A program made the translations under genes and the position numbers. The notes under the pieces were generated by a model. It saw only the letters and a list, made by a program, of their open reading frames with translations. It searched no databases and was not told the origin of the DNA. From Candidatus Saccharimonadota bacterium (GTDB taxonomy: Bacteria > Patescibacteriota > Saccharimonadia > Saccharimonadales > Saccharimonadaceae), in contig JBAXUT010000003.1 of the NCBI GenBank assembly GCA_037129535.1, forward strand, positions 7,037-71,036: a stretch of DNA of 64,000 nt. Reading direction: 5' to 3'. This document shows positions 52,118-61,141 of this stretch, one piece after another; the stretch's first letter is position 1, and every line of letters begins with the position of its first letter.

Positions 52118-54438
52118 CGACCAGACCATTTCCAGTCATCAATTTCGGGCATGTCTACGCCATATTGTTTGATGTAATCAGTGTTGATGTCAATTTTCTG
52201 TTGGTATTTTCTAATCGCTCTCTGCGCATCTTCGTATTGAATAACCTTGTTTTTAGCTAGCAGCTCAAATATTGCCATGACTAGGTGATAACGACTAGTT
52301 TTGTTACGGACATGCATATCAAATGGTGTTGTTGTGCTACCACATTCAATGTAGCCGCGGATATCAAATCGATTAGCATCGGTGGCGTAGTTAAACAATA
52401 TCGATTTTAACGTTTCGGGATAGCCATGGAAATTAAATATGACAGGCTTGTCAGTCGTAAATTGTCGATTAAACTCAGTTTCATCAATATGATTTTTGCC
52501 TTGTCCAAATCCACTGGCCGTCAAAGAACTGACATTGACGAAGCGCAATCTAGCATTAGGCATTTCTGACTTTGCAATATCGATTGCGGCCAAAGTTTCC
52601 TTGGTCGGATAGTCACCGATGCCTGCCAAAACTACATCAGGGTTTTCATCACTGGCAAAGTCCCATATCATTAACCCAGTTTGCAATTGGCGTCGTGCTA
52701 ATTGTGGTGTTAGCCATTGTGGTTCGGGAGTTTTACCGGCTACAACAACATTGATTTGTTTTGTAGCAGTTAACATTCGTTCCATTACGACCAGAGTGCT
52801 ATTAACATCGGCAGGGAAATATACATCGACGAAATCACTGTGACGTTGTAATACACCATCAATAAACCCAGGGTTTTGGTGACTGAATCCGTTGTGGTCT
52901 TGGCGCCAACCTGAACTGGTCAGGATGTAATTAAACGATGGGAATTTGCCTCGCCATGGGAAATCAAATGTGTGTTTCAAAAATTTTGCGTATTGGTCCA
53001 TCATACTTGCGACTACTTGGACGAAAGCTTCATAACTGGCAAATACAGCGTGGCGACCAGTCAATACGTAACCTTGTGTCAATCCTTGGAGGTTATGTTC
53101 GGACAACATTTCCATTGCACGGCCATCAGACGCCATATCTTTATCCCATGGTGCAATTGGCCATGTCCAGGCGCGTTTGGTGTTTTCAAAAATAGCGTCT
53201 AATTTGTTGGAATAGGTTTCGTCGGGCGACATAAATCGAAAGTTTTTGTTGTCGGCGTTCATTTTGAATACCTCGTTCAGATATTTGCCAGTTTGGATCA
53301 TACTGCTACCAGTAGCACCAACTTCTAGAGCAAATTGCTCGACAGTAGGTAGTTTGAGCGGCTTGTAGACGGCATCTCCACCGTGGGCATGTGGGCTAAG
53401 TCCCATTAGTTGGCTTTTTTCGGGTATGATTTCGGTGATAAAATCACCAAAACCACGTTCGCGGTCAAATAATTCGTTGAATTTGTAAGATTTTAACCAA
53501 TCTTCCAATAATTTTAATTGTTCGGGGTCGGTTTTTGCTTCCATCAATACAACTTGGTGCGACAGGCAGTTGCCTTCGATTTTTTTACCTTTTAGCTCTT
53601 TGACACCACCCCATCCCTTGAGAGTGCGCATTATAATCATTGGCATTCGTGGCGCCACTATTGGTTCAGATGCGTTCTTGATGCCCCATATGGTCTGGTG
53701 CGCCCAATCTAATGCGTCTTCCATCTGCTGATCCAGGTTGTCGCCACCAACTAATCGTGGTTCGTAGCCATAACCCCAGAATAACGCCCGCAATTCATCA
53801 TCACTCATTCGGCCAAATACGGTTGGAGCGGAAATCTTGTAGCCGTTTAGGTGTAATATTGGCAGGACCGTTCCATTAGTTTTAGGATCGACTAATTTAT
53901 TTAGGTGCCAAGCCGCTGCAGCCGGGCCTGTTTCGGCTTCGCCATCACCAACTAGGCAGGCGACTATCATATTAGGGTTGTCTAGCGCTGCGCCGTAAGA
54001 TGTTGCCAAAGAATAGCCTAATTCACCACCTTCTAATATGACACCAGGCGTGCCTGGGTTGCTGTGGCTGGGAAACCCGTATGGCCAGCTGAAATTTTTG
54101 CATATATATTCGATACCTGCATAGTCGTGGGTCGCCTGGGGATAAAATTCGGCTAGGGATTTATCTAAAAATAAATTAGCTTGTAACGCAGGGAAAGCAT
54201 GTCCAGGTCCCAGGACAAACATCATTTCTTGACCGTATTTTTTGATTAGTTTATTTAGATGCGCATAGGCTAGATTGACGCCTGGGCCTGAACCCCAGTG
54301 ACCTAATAATCTAGGTTTAATATCAGCTGCCGTCAGTGGTCGGTCTAGCAAAAAGTTGTCTTGCAAAAAGATTTGCGCGACCGTTAGATAATCCGTTATT
54401 CGTCTGAACTTTTCAAAGTTTTTAATATTCCCACTCAT
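52114..54438 (-). CDS. xfp: xylulose-5-phosphate/fructose-6-phosphate phosphoketolase
   Basis: About 775 aa with EGGELGYSL, GDGEAETG (ThDP motif) and other phosphoketolase signature regions. Confidence 0.93.
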   Translation of the reverse strand: MSGNIKNFEKFRRITDYLTVAQIFLQDNFLLDRPLTAADIKPRLLGHWGSGPGVNLAYAHLNKLIKKYGQEMMFVLGPGHAFPALQANLFLDKSLAEFYPQATHDYAGIEYICKNFSWPYGFPSHSNPGTPGVILEGGELGYSLATSYGAALDNPNMIVACLVGDGEAETGPAAAAWHLNKLVDPKTNGTVLPILHLNGYKISAPTVFGRMSDDELRALFWGYGYEPRLVGGDNLDQQMEDALDWAHQTIWGIKNASEPIVAPRMPMIIMRTLKGWGGVKELKGKKIEGNCLSHQVVLMEAKTDPEQLKLLEDWLKSYKFNELFDRERGFGDFITEIIPEKSQLMGLSPHAHGGDAVYKPLKLPTVEQFALEVGATGSSMIQTGKYLNEVFKMNADNKNFRFMSPDETYSNKLDAIFENTKRAWTWPIAPWDKDMASDGRAMEMLSEHNLQGLTQGYVLTGRHAVFASYEAFVQVVASMMDQYAKFLKHTFDFPWRGKFPSFNYILTSSGWRQDHNGFSHQNPGFIDGVLQRHSDFVDVYFPADVNSTLVVMERMLTATKQINVVVAGKTPEPQWLTPQLARRQLQTGLMIWDFASDENPDVVLAGIGDYPTKETLAAIDIAKSEMPNARLRFVNVSSLTASGFGQGKNHIDETEFNRQFTTDKPVIFNFHGYPETLKSILFNYATDANRFDIRGYIECGSTTTPFDMHVRNKTSRYHLVMAIFELLAKNKVIQYEDAQRAIRKYQQKIDINTDYIKQYGVDMPEIDDWKWSGR

Positions 54439-54528
54439 AATTACATCTATTGTATATTAATGCTTGTGCTTTGCGCAATATAATAACCCCAACAAACTTG
54501 TCAGGGTTATTATTAGCAGATTTTAGGA

Positions 54529-55122
54529 TTACTGTTCGTTGCTAGAATCAGTTGTTGATTCGGTTGGCGCAGCTTCGACAATTGGTGCAGCTACTTCAGT
54601 TGCAACAGGTTCTGAGGCTATATTATCTTGGGCTGGTGGGGTATAAGCAGGGGCTGTATTAATTGATACTGGTGCTGCAGTTGCGCCGCCATTCCAGGTA
54701 GATTTGTCAAACGCCATTATTGCCAACCAGACGACAGGCGCAAAGATTGCTAGTACTATGAACCAACTTTCTTTGCCAAGTTTTTTGCCAATGTTGTATA
54801 GGGCAATGTAGTAGAAAATAGCGCTGGCGATGTTGACAAATGGGACTAGCATTAGTGGTGCCCAATAGCCTTTTTGGTCGCCTAATTCTAACATTTTCCA
54901 TGTGCTGTAGATTGGTATCCACGCAATACTTGTTTTGACGCCGGCTTTTTTAAATATACGGCTAGTTAGGAATGAGGTAATCGCATATGCGACTAATATG
55001 CTGACTAGCATCACGATCATCGTTGTTATAAATATTCCTCCGGCTGCTGCTTCGGCTGCACCTAGATCAGCGCTGGTTATCGCTGGGCTGTAACTATCGT
55101 AATAGTAACTACTTAAATCCAT
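54529..55122 (-). CDS. DUF5684-like membrane protein
   Basis: RIFKKAGVK...AWIPIYSTWKMLEL...YWAPLMLVPFVN pattern, Pro/Ala-rich tail, AAGGAGAA Shine-Dalgarno. Confidence 0.5.
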   Translation of the reverse strand: MDLSSYYYDSYSPAITSADLGAAEAAAGGIFITTMIVMLVSILVAYAITSFLTSRIFKKAGVKTSIAWIPIYSTWKMLELGDQKGYWAPLMLVPFVNIASAIFYYIALYNIGKKLGKESWFIVLAIFAPVVWLAIMAFDKSTWNGGATAAPVSINTAPAYTPPAQDNIASEPVATEVAAPIVEAAPTESTTDSSNEQ

Positions 55123-55200
55123 ATTTTCTCCTTGATTTAATTTTGTTTATGGTTACTAAATTAATTGTATCATAACTATATTATTGCTAAGCTATATCTA

Positions 55201-56025
55201 ATGAGATTATTAGATGGATCAGAATTATCAGGGTATATCAAAGAGCGCCAGGCGAAACAGGTTCGGGCGTTGCGTCAGTCGTGGCGGGTTATCCCGAAAC
55301 TGGCGATTATTCGAACTGGTGAAAACTCAGTAATTGATACTTATATGCGGTTAAAAACTGTATATGGTGAAGATATATTGATCAGCGTAGACGTCTATGC
55401 ACCCAATGATGCAGAATTATTAGATGTGATCGATAAATTAAATCATGACAAAAGTGTCCATGGGATAATCATTCAATTGCCGCTGGCTGATGTATCGCAA
55501 ACAGATGCAGCCGTGAATGCGGTTGCGCCCGAAAAGGATGTAGATGGTTTGGGCAATGGAAATGTGTTTATACCAGCTACCGCAATGGCAATAAATTGGC
55601 TGTTGGTTGGCTATAATGTTGAATTGGCCGACAAGAAAATTGCGATTGTTGGCAATGGTCGCCTGGTTGGGGCACCACTGGCACAATTGTGGCGTGATTC
55701 GGGTTATGATGTATCAGTTTATGGCCGCGATGCAGATTTGAATAGTGTTTTGCCGGTTGCAGATGTTATCGTAACTGCCGCTGGCGTACCGGGGCTAATT
55801 CAATCTAATATGGTTCGTACCGGGGCAGTGGTAGTAGATGCAGGTACCGCATCCGAAGATGGCAAAATCGTCGGTGATGTTGCAGCATCGGTTCGCGATC
55901 GTCAGGACCTAACTATCACGCCAACACGTGGCGGGGTCGGTCCATTAACAATCGCTGCATTATTTGACAATGTTATTACCGCGGCCCGAAAAATCGCCGA
56001 CGCCCGCGGCCAGCAAGATAATTAA
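55201..56025 (+). CDS. folD: bifunctional methylenetetrahydrofolate dehydrogenase/cyclohydrolase FolD
   Basis: LLDGSELSGYIKERQ, HGIIIQLPL, VGNGRLVGAPLA, GGVGPLT; ATG 55201 preferred to the track start 55165. Confidence 0.9.
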   Translation: MRLLDGSELSGYIKERQAKQVRALRQSWRVIPKLAIIRTGENSVIDTYMRLKTVYGEDILISVDVYAPNDAELLDVIDKLNHDKSVHGIIIQLPLADVSQTDAAVNAVAPEKDVDGLGNGNVFIPATAMAINWLLVGYNVELADKKIAIVGNGRLVGAPLAQLWRDSGYDVSVYGRDADLNSVLPVADVIVTAAGVPGLIQSNMVRTGAVVVDAGTASEDGKIVGDVAASVRDRQDLTITPTRGGVGPLTIAALFDNVITAARKIADARGQQDN

Positions 56026-56027
56026 TT

Positions 56028-56501
56028 TTAGCTAATATTTATTACTGATAATTTGTGGCCATTGAACGAAACTTCGTCATCTATTTTCTTGCCAATCAAC
56101 GCGGTTGCTATGGGTGATTTGCGGCTAACTACTAATGCGCCGTCAATTTTTTTACCAGTGTTTATGGACCAGTCACCAGCGATGAAATAATCTGTGGGTT
56201 TCTGTGTATCGTTATTTATGACCTGGACTGTTGATCCAATTCCAACTGTATTCTTCTTTTGTTTGGGCATACTAATTGCACGATTATTTAATATTCGTTT
56301 TAGCTTTTGGCGTTCAGCGGATAACAGCGATTGATGGTCACGGACTGCTTCAAATGGTGCATTGTCATGGTAGGTCTCAGACGTTTGGTTAAAGACTTCG
56401 TAAAACCTTGGCCCCAGATCTAATATTTCTTGGTCAATTTCAGCAATTCGCTGGCGAGCGGCAATTTTATCAGATTCCAGGATTAATAAATCTTGTTTCA
56501 T
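56028..56501 (-). CDS. greA: GreA/GreB-family transcription elongation factor
   Basis: N-terminal coiled coil and a C-terminal FKBP-like domain (VGIGSTVQV...SPIATALIGKKIDDEV). Confidence 0.65.
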   Translation of the reverse strand: MKQDLLILESDKIAARQRIAEIDQEILDLGPRFYEVFNQTSETYHDNAPFEAVRDHQSLLSAERQKLKRILNNRAISMPKQKKNTVGIGSTVQVINNDTQKPTDYFIAGDWSINTGKKIDGALVVSRKSPIATALIGKKIDDEVSFNGHKLSVINIS

Positions 56502-56510
56502 ATAGAATAA

Positions 56511-56990
56511 TTAAATCACACTTTTAAGGCTATTAATATTTATATATTCAACCAAAAAGTTTAATTCTTCTGGTAGTTCGGCAGATATAAATTCTTTTAA
56601 AATATAAATTTTCTTTTTGTTAAAATATTGGGCACTGGCGATTTCTTTCATTGCGCCCCAGGCGTAACCTATACAAATAAACATATCACATTGGCGATTA
56701 AATTCATCGGCTTGACGGTCCCAATCGCCACAAGATATTACCGTGCCAATTTTAGTATTCAAATATTCTTCGTGTCCACTTTCAATAGTCGGTATTATCA
56801 GTGATATTTTTTTACCACCAAATTCTAGGTATTTATTGCCGAAATATTCCAAAAGCGAGTCTTTGTCTGGGGTTAGAATTATTTCATTGCCAGAATCGGC
56901 CAAAATCTGGGCGACAGCATTAATTAGATGTTTTCTTGCATCAACATCCTGCCCATAGATTTTATTTGGACCAATTATTCCTATTTTCAT
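56511..56990 (-). CDS. SLOG/LOG-like Rossmann-fold protein (TIGR00725-like), function unknown
   Basis: MKIGIIGP N-terminus and a DMFICIGYAWGAMKEI motif resembling the GGGxGTxxE region of LOG-like proteins. Confidence 0.35.
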   Translation of the reverse strand: MKIGIIGPNKIYGQDVDARKHLINAVAQILADSGNEIILTPDKDSLLEYFGNKYLEFGGKKISLIIPTIESGHEEYLNTKIGTVISCGDWDRQADEFNRQCDMFICIGYAWGAMKEIASAQYFNKKKIYILKEFISAELPEELNFLVEYININSLKSVI

Positions 56991-56997
56991 ATCAGAC

Positions 56998-57369
56998 TTA
57001 AACTATATTTAGCGCTTCTTTGACCTGTTGGACAACTTGGCGTGGGGTTAGGTTGGCTTTGACGATGTAGCTGTTAACTCCTAGGTTCTTCAATGATTTT
57101 GGAGATTCTTCAATGCCGACATTGGTCAGGATGATCACTGGCACGGTTTTGCCCCATGTGCTTTTGCGGATAATTGCTAATGCTTCATCGCCATTCATTA
57201 CTGGCATTTGCAGGTCTAACAGTACTAAATCAGGGTTAAAAGATTCGACCAAAGCGACGCCTTGTTGTCCATCCATCGCCAGTTGAGTTTCAAAACCATC
57301 GGCTTCGAATTTCATACGATACATTTGGCTAATTACTGGGTCATCTTCGATAATTGCAATCTTTGTCAT
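56998..57369 (-). CDS. stand-alone response regulator receiver domain (CheY-like)
   Basis: IIEDD acidic pocket, phospho-acceptor DLVLLDLQMP, conserved T (ILTN) and K (VKA); 123 aa with no output domain. Confidence 0.85.
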   Translation of the reverse strand: MTKIAIIEDDPVISQMYRMKFEADGFETQLAMDGQQGVALVESFNPDLVLLDLQMPVMNGDEALAIIRKSTWGKTVPVIILTNVGIEESPKSLKNLGVNSYIVKANLTPRQVVQQVKEALNIV

Positions 57370-57375
57370 AATTTA

Positions 57376-57426
57376 ATAATACAACTTTATGATTATTTGC
57401 TCAATAACCATAGAATTAACTATACT
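57376..57426. promoter_or_regulatory. divergent leaderless-type promoters
   Basis: Reverse-strand TATTAT (57376-57381) sits 6 nt before ATG 57369. Forward TATACT (57421-57426) sits 6 nt before ATG 57433. Confidence 0.4.
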
Positions 57427-57432
57427 GTTATC

Positions 57433-58158
57433 ATGGAACACAAATATAAGATTATCTATGATATCAAAAAAGATATGTGGAATTGGCGCGGGGCATTAGA
57501 AGACTATTTGACTGATGATTGGTCCCTAGATAATATCCAAAGATATGGTAGTGAGCGTGACAAGGAAATCACTAATCAGATATTGGGGTTAAAAAAGCCA
57601 GAGGCGGAGAAGATACTGCGACCGTACCTGTTATCGTTGAAAAACGATCCCAGTAGCCAGTTGAATACATTCATCAAAATCGCTGAAAAAGATTTCCGTG
57701 ATAAATATGTTGACGCTTGTCGGGCGTTGGAACGGATTACGAAACATCCGATGATTTCAAATGAATTCACGTTTTATGTTACGACTTTCCCACGCATGAC
57801 AGTAAATTTTGATCAGCGCATAATATTTATGTACGATTTAACGGAAGGCGTCTGGGGTATGCCAATTGATGGTTTCCTGCACGAAGCATTGCATTTCCAG
57901 TTCTACTATTATTGGCGATTGGATAAAAAATCACCGGTTTATAAATTGAGCGAGGATGAATTTTACTATCTAAAAGAATCGTTGACAGTCATATTGGACG
58001 AAGAATTGAAACCTATAATAACCCTGCCTGATTGTAGCTACCCGTCAATGAAGCCATTCCGCGACATCTTGCACGACCATTGGCGCGAACATCACGATTT
58101 TGATAAATTGGTTGATTTTGGGTTGGGGGGACTGGGTAATTATTTAGTTATAAATTGA
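57433..58158 (+). CDS. HExxH-motif protein, paralog 1 (putative zinc metallopeptidase, uncharacterised family)
   Basis: FLHEALHFQF with a downstream YLKESLT (possible third ligand). It shares YKI.YDI.KD.WNW, FT.Y.TTFPR and FDKLVDFGL with 61142-61867. ATG 57433 preferred to the track start 57262, which runs antisense through the response regulator. Confidence 0.5.
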   Translation: MEHKYKIIYDIKKDMWNWRGALEDYLTDDWSLDNIQRYGSERDKEITNQILGLKKPEAEKILRPYLLSLKNDPSSQLNTFIKIAEKDFRDKYVDACRALERITKHPMISNEFTFYVTTFPRMTVNFDQRIIFMYDLTEGVWGMPIDGFLHEALHFQFYYYWRLDKKSPVYKLSEDEFYYLKESLTVILDEELKPIITLPDCSYPSMKPFRDILHDHWREHHDFDKLVDFGLGGLGNYLVIN

Positions 58159-58259
58159 GATTGCAGAGTTGCGTTAGTGGGTAGAATAGTGTTTATATGT
58201 TCAAGATTATGGTTTAATGGGGTTATAAGATTAATAATTATTCAGGAGTTATAAATACG

Positions 58260-58952
58260 GTGAATCCAAAAAATACAGAGCATACAGAGACTACCAAAAA
58301 TGCCGAGAGTCTTTTGCCAAATGAATCTTATGATTACGAGCTTACGATAGGTAATCTTGAAAGTCTGCCGAACGAAGTCCGAGACAAATGGATGAAGTTG
58401 AGGAGAGATTACATGGATAGTGATATGGATTGGCATGTGGAAAATGACTACGATGATTATGATGCCGACCCTGCTACTCTGCAGTTAGTAATGCAAGATG
58501 AGCATGGTGAGATCACGGCCGGTATGAGGTTGACGCCAAGGTCATCCATAAAAGATACTCTTAGCTGGTCTATGTTGCCAGATGTATCTGACGATGTTTT
58601 AGCTGGCTTGGATGGTCCCGTTTGGGATATAACCAGATTGGTTCCTGGTAATATTGAGGGTCGCAAACAAAGAATGGCTGCTTTTGCTGAGTTATTCGGA
58701 GCCGCTCTGGCAAAAACATTACCTTTAGATGATAATCCGCATTGGTTTTTTGCAACTCACAAAGCATTCATTAGCGTGTTTAGACATTATGGAATAGAGT
58801 TTACTCCTATTGACGGGACAGAGCGTGGCGGGTCTCAATTAAGCCATGCATACCCAGTAGACAGGACTAATTTTTTGCTTGAGAACCAAGACAAGTATAT
58901 AGATGCTAATTTAAGCGTGCAAAAAGGTATAGCACGGGGAAGGCAAGCGTAA
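58260..58952 (+). CDS. LuxI-like autoinducer synthase / N-acyl amino acid synthase-like GNAT-fold protein
   Basis: LuxI-family motif order read by eye: LRRDYMDSDMDW (R..F/Y....W), ENDYDD (ExDxxD), GMRLTPR (RLxPT), WDITRLV (E/D-x-S/T-R), and a C-terminal FISVFRHYGIEF. GTG start with a CAGGAG Shine-Dalgarno 11 nt upstream. Confidence 0.5.
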   Translation: MNPKNTEHTETTKNAESLLPNESYDYELTIGNLESLPNEVRDKWMKLRRDYMDSDMDWHVENDYDDYDADPATLQLVMQDEHGEITAGMRLTPRSSIKDTLSWSMLPDVSDDVLAGLDGPVWDITRLVPGNIEGRKQRMAAFAELFGAALAKTLPLDDNPHWFFATHKAFISVFRHYGIEFTPIDGTERGGSQLSHAYPVDRTNFLLENQDKYIDANLSVQKGIARGRQA

Positions 58953-58958
58953 AAGATA

Positions 58959-61127
58959 GTGGACTTGGTGGTTGTTGCTTCTTTAGCTGCTTCTTTAGCT
59001 GCCATAATAACAGCTGGGCTTGGTGTAGTTGTTTGGTTTGGCAAGCAACGCGATGGTCTTCGTAGGTCATTTTTAGTACTTTCGTTATTTATCTGTTTAT
59101 GGATATTAGGGAATGTCTTTTTCGGGGTTGTGGATGTTTATTGGCAGTATATAATATCACTGTTGAGTTACGCTTTTGCTATGGGTGTTTCTGTTCATTT
59201 GTTAATTTTCAGCCTTTTATTAGTCAGAAATAGTAAATTTAGTTTTTTAAATCAGATTAAGGTTGGTTTCGTTGGCTATGTGGTTGGTATAGTATCAACT
59301 ATCCCAGGCCTAGTAGCTTCCGGTGTAGAGAATAGCAAAATCATCACTAATCCAATAGCATTGAATATTTACGGGCTTGTTTTAGCTGGGTATTTATTAT
59401 CAGCCTCTATAGTATTAATCGCTAATAAAATTCGCAAGAATAAGACAAATTCTATGATTAACATGGTGCTTTTGGGTATGGCCATTTCTTCTTTGGGGGG
59501 TGTTATTTTCAATTTAATTTTTCCTATACTTGGGGTTTATCAATTTGTGCAACTTGGTCCGGCTAGTGCAGCTATATTTATAGCCTTAGTGGCTTATTCT
59601 GTCATAAAACATGGTCTTTTTGATGTTCGCTTGGCTATCGTGCGCAGTGTTACTTATACTATGATCATCGCTGTATTGGCTGGTATTTATGCAGGGTTGA
59701 CATTCGTGGCTTCGTCTCTCTTTAACTTTGGCAAAGTTAGTCTTTGGCAGACAGTTTTCAATGCTGTCGTAAGCCTAGGTTTGGTATTCTTGTTCCAGCC
59801 TCTAAAGCGCTTTTTTGATAAAGTTACTAACAAAATATTCTACAAAGACAACTATAATACCGACGACTTTTTTGCGAAGTTGAACAAAATTTTGGGATTT
59901 ACTACGGATTTGCGAGGGTTATTGGAGCATACCGCTACTGAAATAAAGCAAACATTAAAGGGCGAACAGGCATTTTTCTATATAAATATATCAGAGGGGC
60001 ACTATATTTCAGCCGGTACGGCAAAGCATAAACAATTGCCCAAGGCCGACGCTGACCAACTAAGCGATTTTGCAAAAAATAATGGTGAAATAATAGTTTC
60101 GTCATTGCTAGAAGATGACAGCTCGATTAAGCGTTTGATGATTAGCCACAAAATTGAATTGGTTTTGCCATTAATCCAGGAAGGTAAGGTTTTGGGATTG
60201 TTCTGTCTAGGTGACCACCTAACTTCTAGCTATACTAACCGCGATATCAAAGTTCTAAACACGATTTCTAACGAATTAATCATCGCTATTCAAAATGCCC
60301 TGGCGGTGCAGGAAATTCGTGAATTTAATATCACATTGCAACAGCGAATTGCCAATGCAACTAGGGAGTTGCGTGCCAGCAATGCTCAGTTACGCCACCT
60401 GGACAAGGCAAAGGACGAGTTCCTTAGCATGGCTTCTCACCAACTGCGAACGCCGCTAACCAGCGTCAAGGGCTACATATCGATGATATTAGAAGGTGAC
60501 GCCGGCAAGGTTACTGGTGATCAAAAGAAGTTATTAACAGAAGCATTCGGTAACAGCGAACGCATGGTTGGGTTAATTAACGATTTCCTATCTGTTTCGC
60601 GTATTCAAACTGGTAGGTTCGTGATTGATAAAACTCCGCTAGACCTGTCGCTAGTGGTGGAACAAGAAACTAACAGCTTGAAACAAAACGCTAGTGCCCG
60701 CCAGATGGAATTGGTCTACGTTAAACAACCGAATTTCCCAATGTTAGATATTGATGAGGGCAAGATTCGCCAAGTCATAATGAATTTCATCGACAACGCT
60801 ATTTATTATTCACATCCAGGTACGGCAATTAATGTTAGTATGCAGGTCCAGGGTAAGGACGCTGTATTCACAGTCAAAGATACCGGTATTGGCGTTCCAG
60901 CCAGCGAACGCGACGAATTGTTCACAAAATTCTACCGTGCCAGCAATGCCAAGAAAACGCGCCCAGATGGTACGGGTGTTGGGCTGTTTTTGGCAAAGAA
61001 AATTGTTGACGACCACGACGGCAAGATTATATTTGAATCAGTAGAAGGTAAGGGAAGTACGTTCGGGTTTAGTCTACCAATAAAAGAATTAGCTGCCGCT
61101 GACCAGGCCGACGATTTGAAAAATTAG
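58959..61127 (+). CDS. sensor histidine kinase with ~7-8 TM N-terminal domain and a GAF-like linker
   Basis: H-box FLSMASHQLRTPLTSVKGY, N-box IMNFIDNAIYYS, G-boxes VKDTGIGVP and GTGVGLFLAKKIV; GTG start directly after the upstream stop. Confidence 0.85.
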   Translation: MDLVVVASLAASLAAIITAGLGVVVWFGKQRDGLRRSFLVLSLFICLWILGNVFFGVVDVYWQYIISLLSYAFAMGVSVHLLIFSLLLVRNSKFSFLNQIKVGFVGYVVGIVSTIPGLVASGVENSKIITNPIALNIYGLVLAGYLLSASIVLIANKIRKNKTNSMINMVLLGMAISSLGGVIFNLIFPILGVYQFVQLGPASAAIFIALVAYSVIKHGLFDVRLAIVRSVTYTMIIAVLAGIYAGLTFVASSLFNFGKVSLWQTVFNAVVSLGLVFLFQPLKRFFDKVTNKIFYKDNYNTDDFFAKLNKILGFTTDLRGLLEHTATEIKQTLKGEQAFFYINISEGHYISAGTAKHKQLPKADADQLSDFAKNNGEIIVSSLLEDDSSIKRLMISHKIELVLPLIQEGKVLGLFCLGDHLTSSYTNRDIKVLNTISNELIIAIQNALAVQEIREFNITLQQRIANATRELRASNAQLRHLDKAKDEFLSMASHQLRTPLTSVKGYISMILEGDAGKVTGDQKKLLTEAFGNSERMVGLINDFLSVSRIQTGRFVIDKTPLDLSLVVEQETNSLKQNASARQMELVYVKQPNFPMLDIDEGKIRQVIMNFIDNAIYYSHPGTAINVSMQVQGKDAVFTVKDTGIGVPASERDELFTKFYRASNAKKTRPDGTGVGLFLAKKIVDDHDGKIIFESVEGKGSTFGFSLPIKELAAADQADDLKN
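61089..61127 (+). repeat. 39-bp direct repeat, copy 1 (3' end of the histidine kinase gene)
   Basis: TTAGCTGCCGCTGACCAGGCCGACGATTTGAAAAATTAG is 37/39 identical to 61829-61867. Confidence 0.85.
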
Positions 61128-61129
61128 GC

Positions 61130-61135
61130 TATAAT
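61130..61135 (+). promoter_or_regulatory. -10 box (TATAAT) 6 nt before ATG 61142
   Basis: No Shine-Dalgarno. Confidence 0.4.
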
Positions 61136-61141
61136 AAACCT

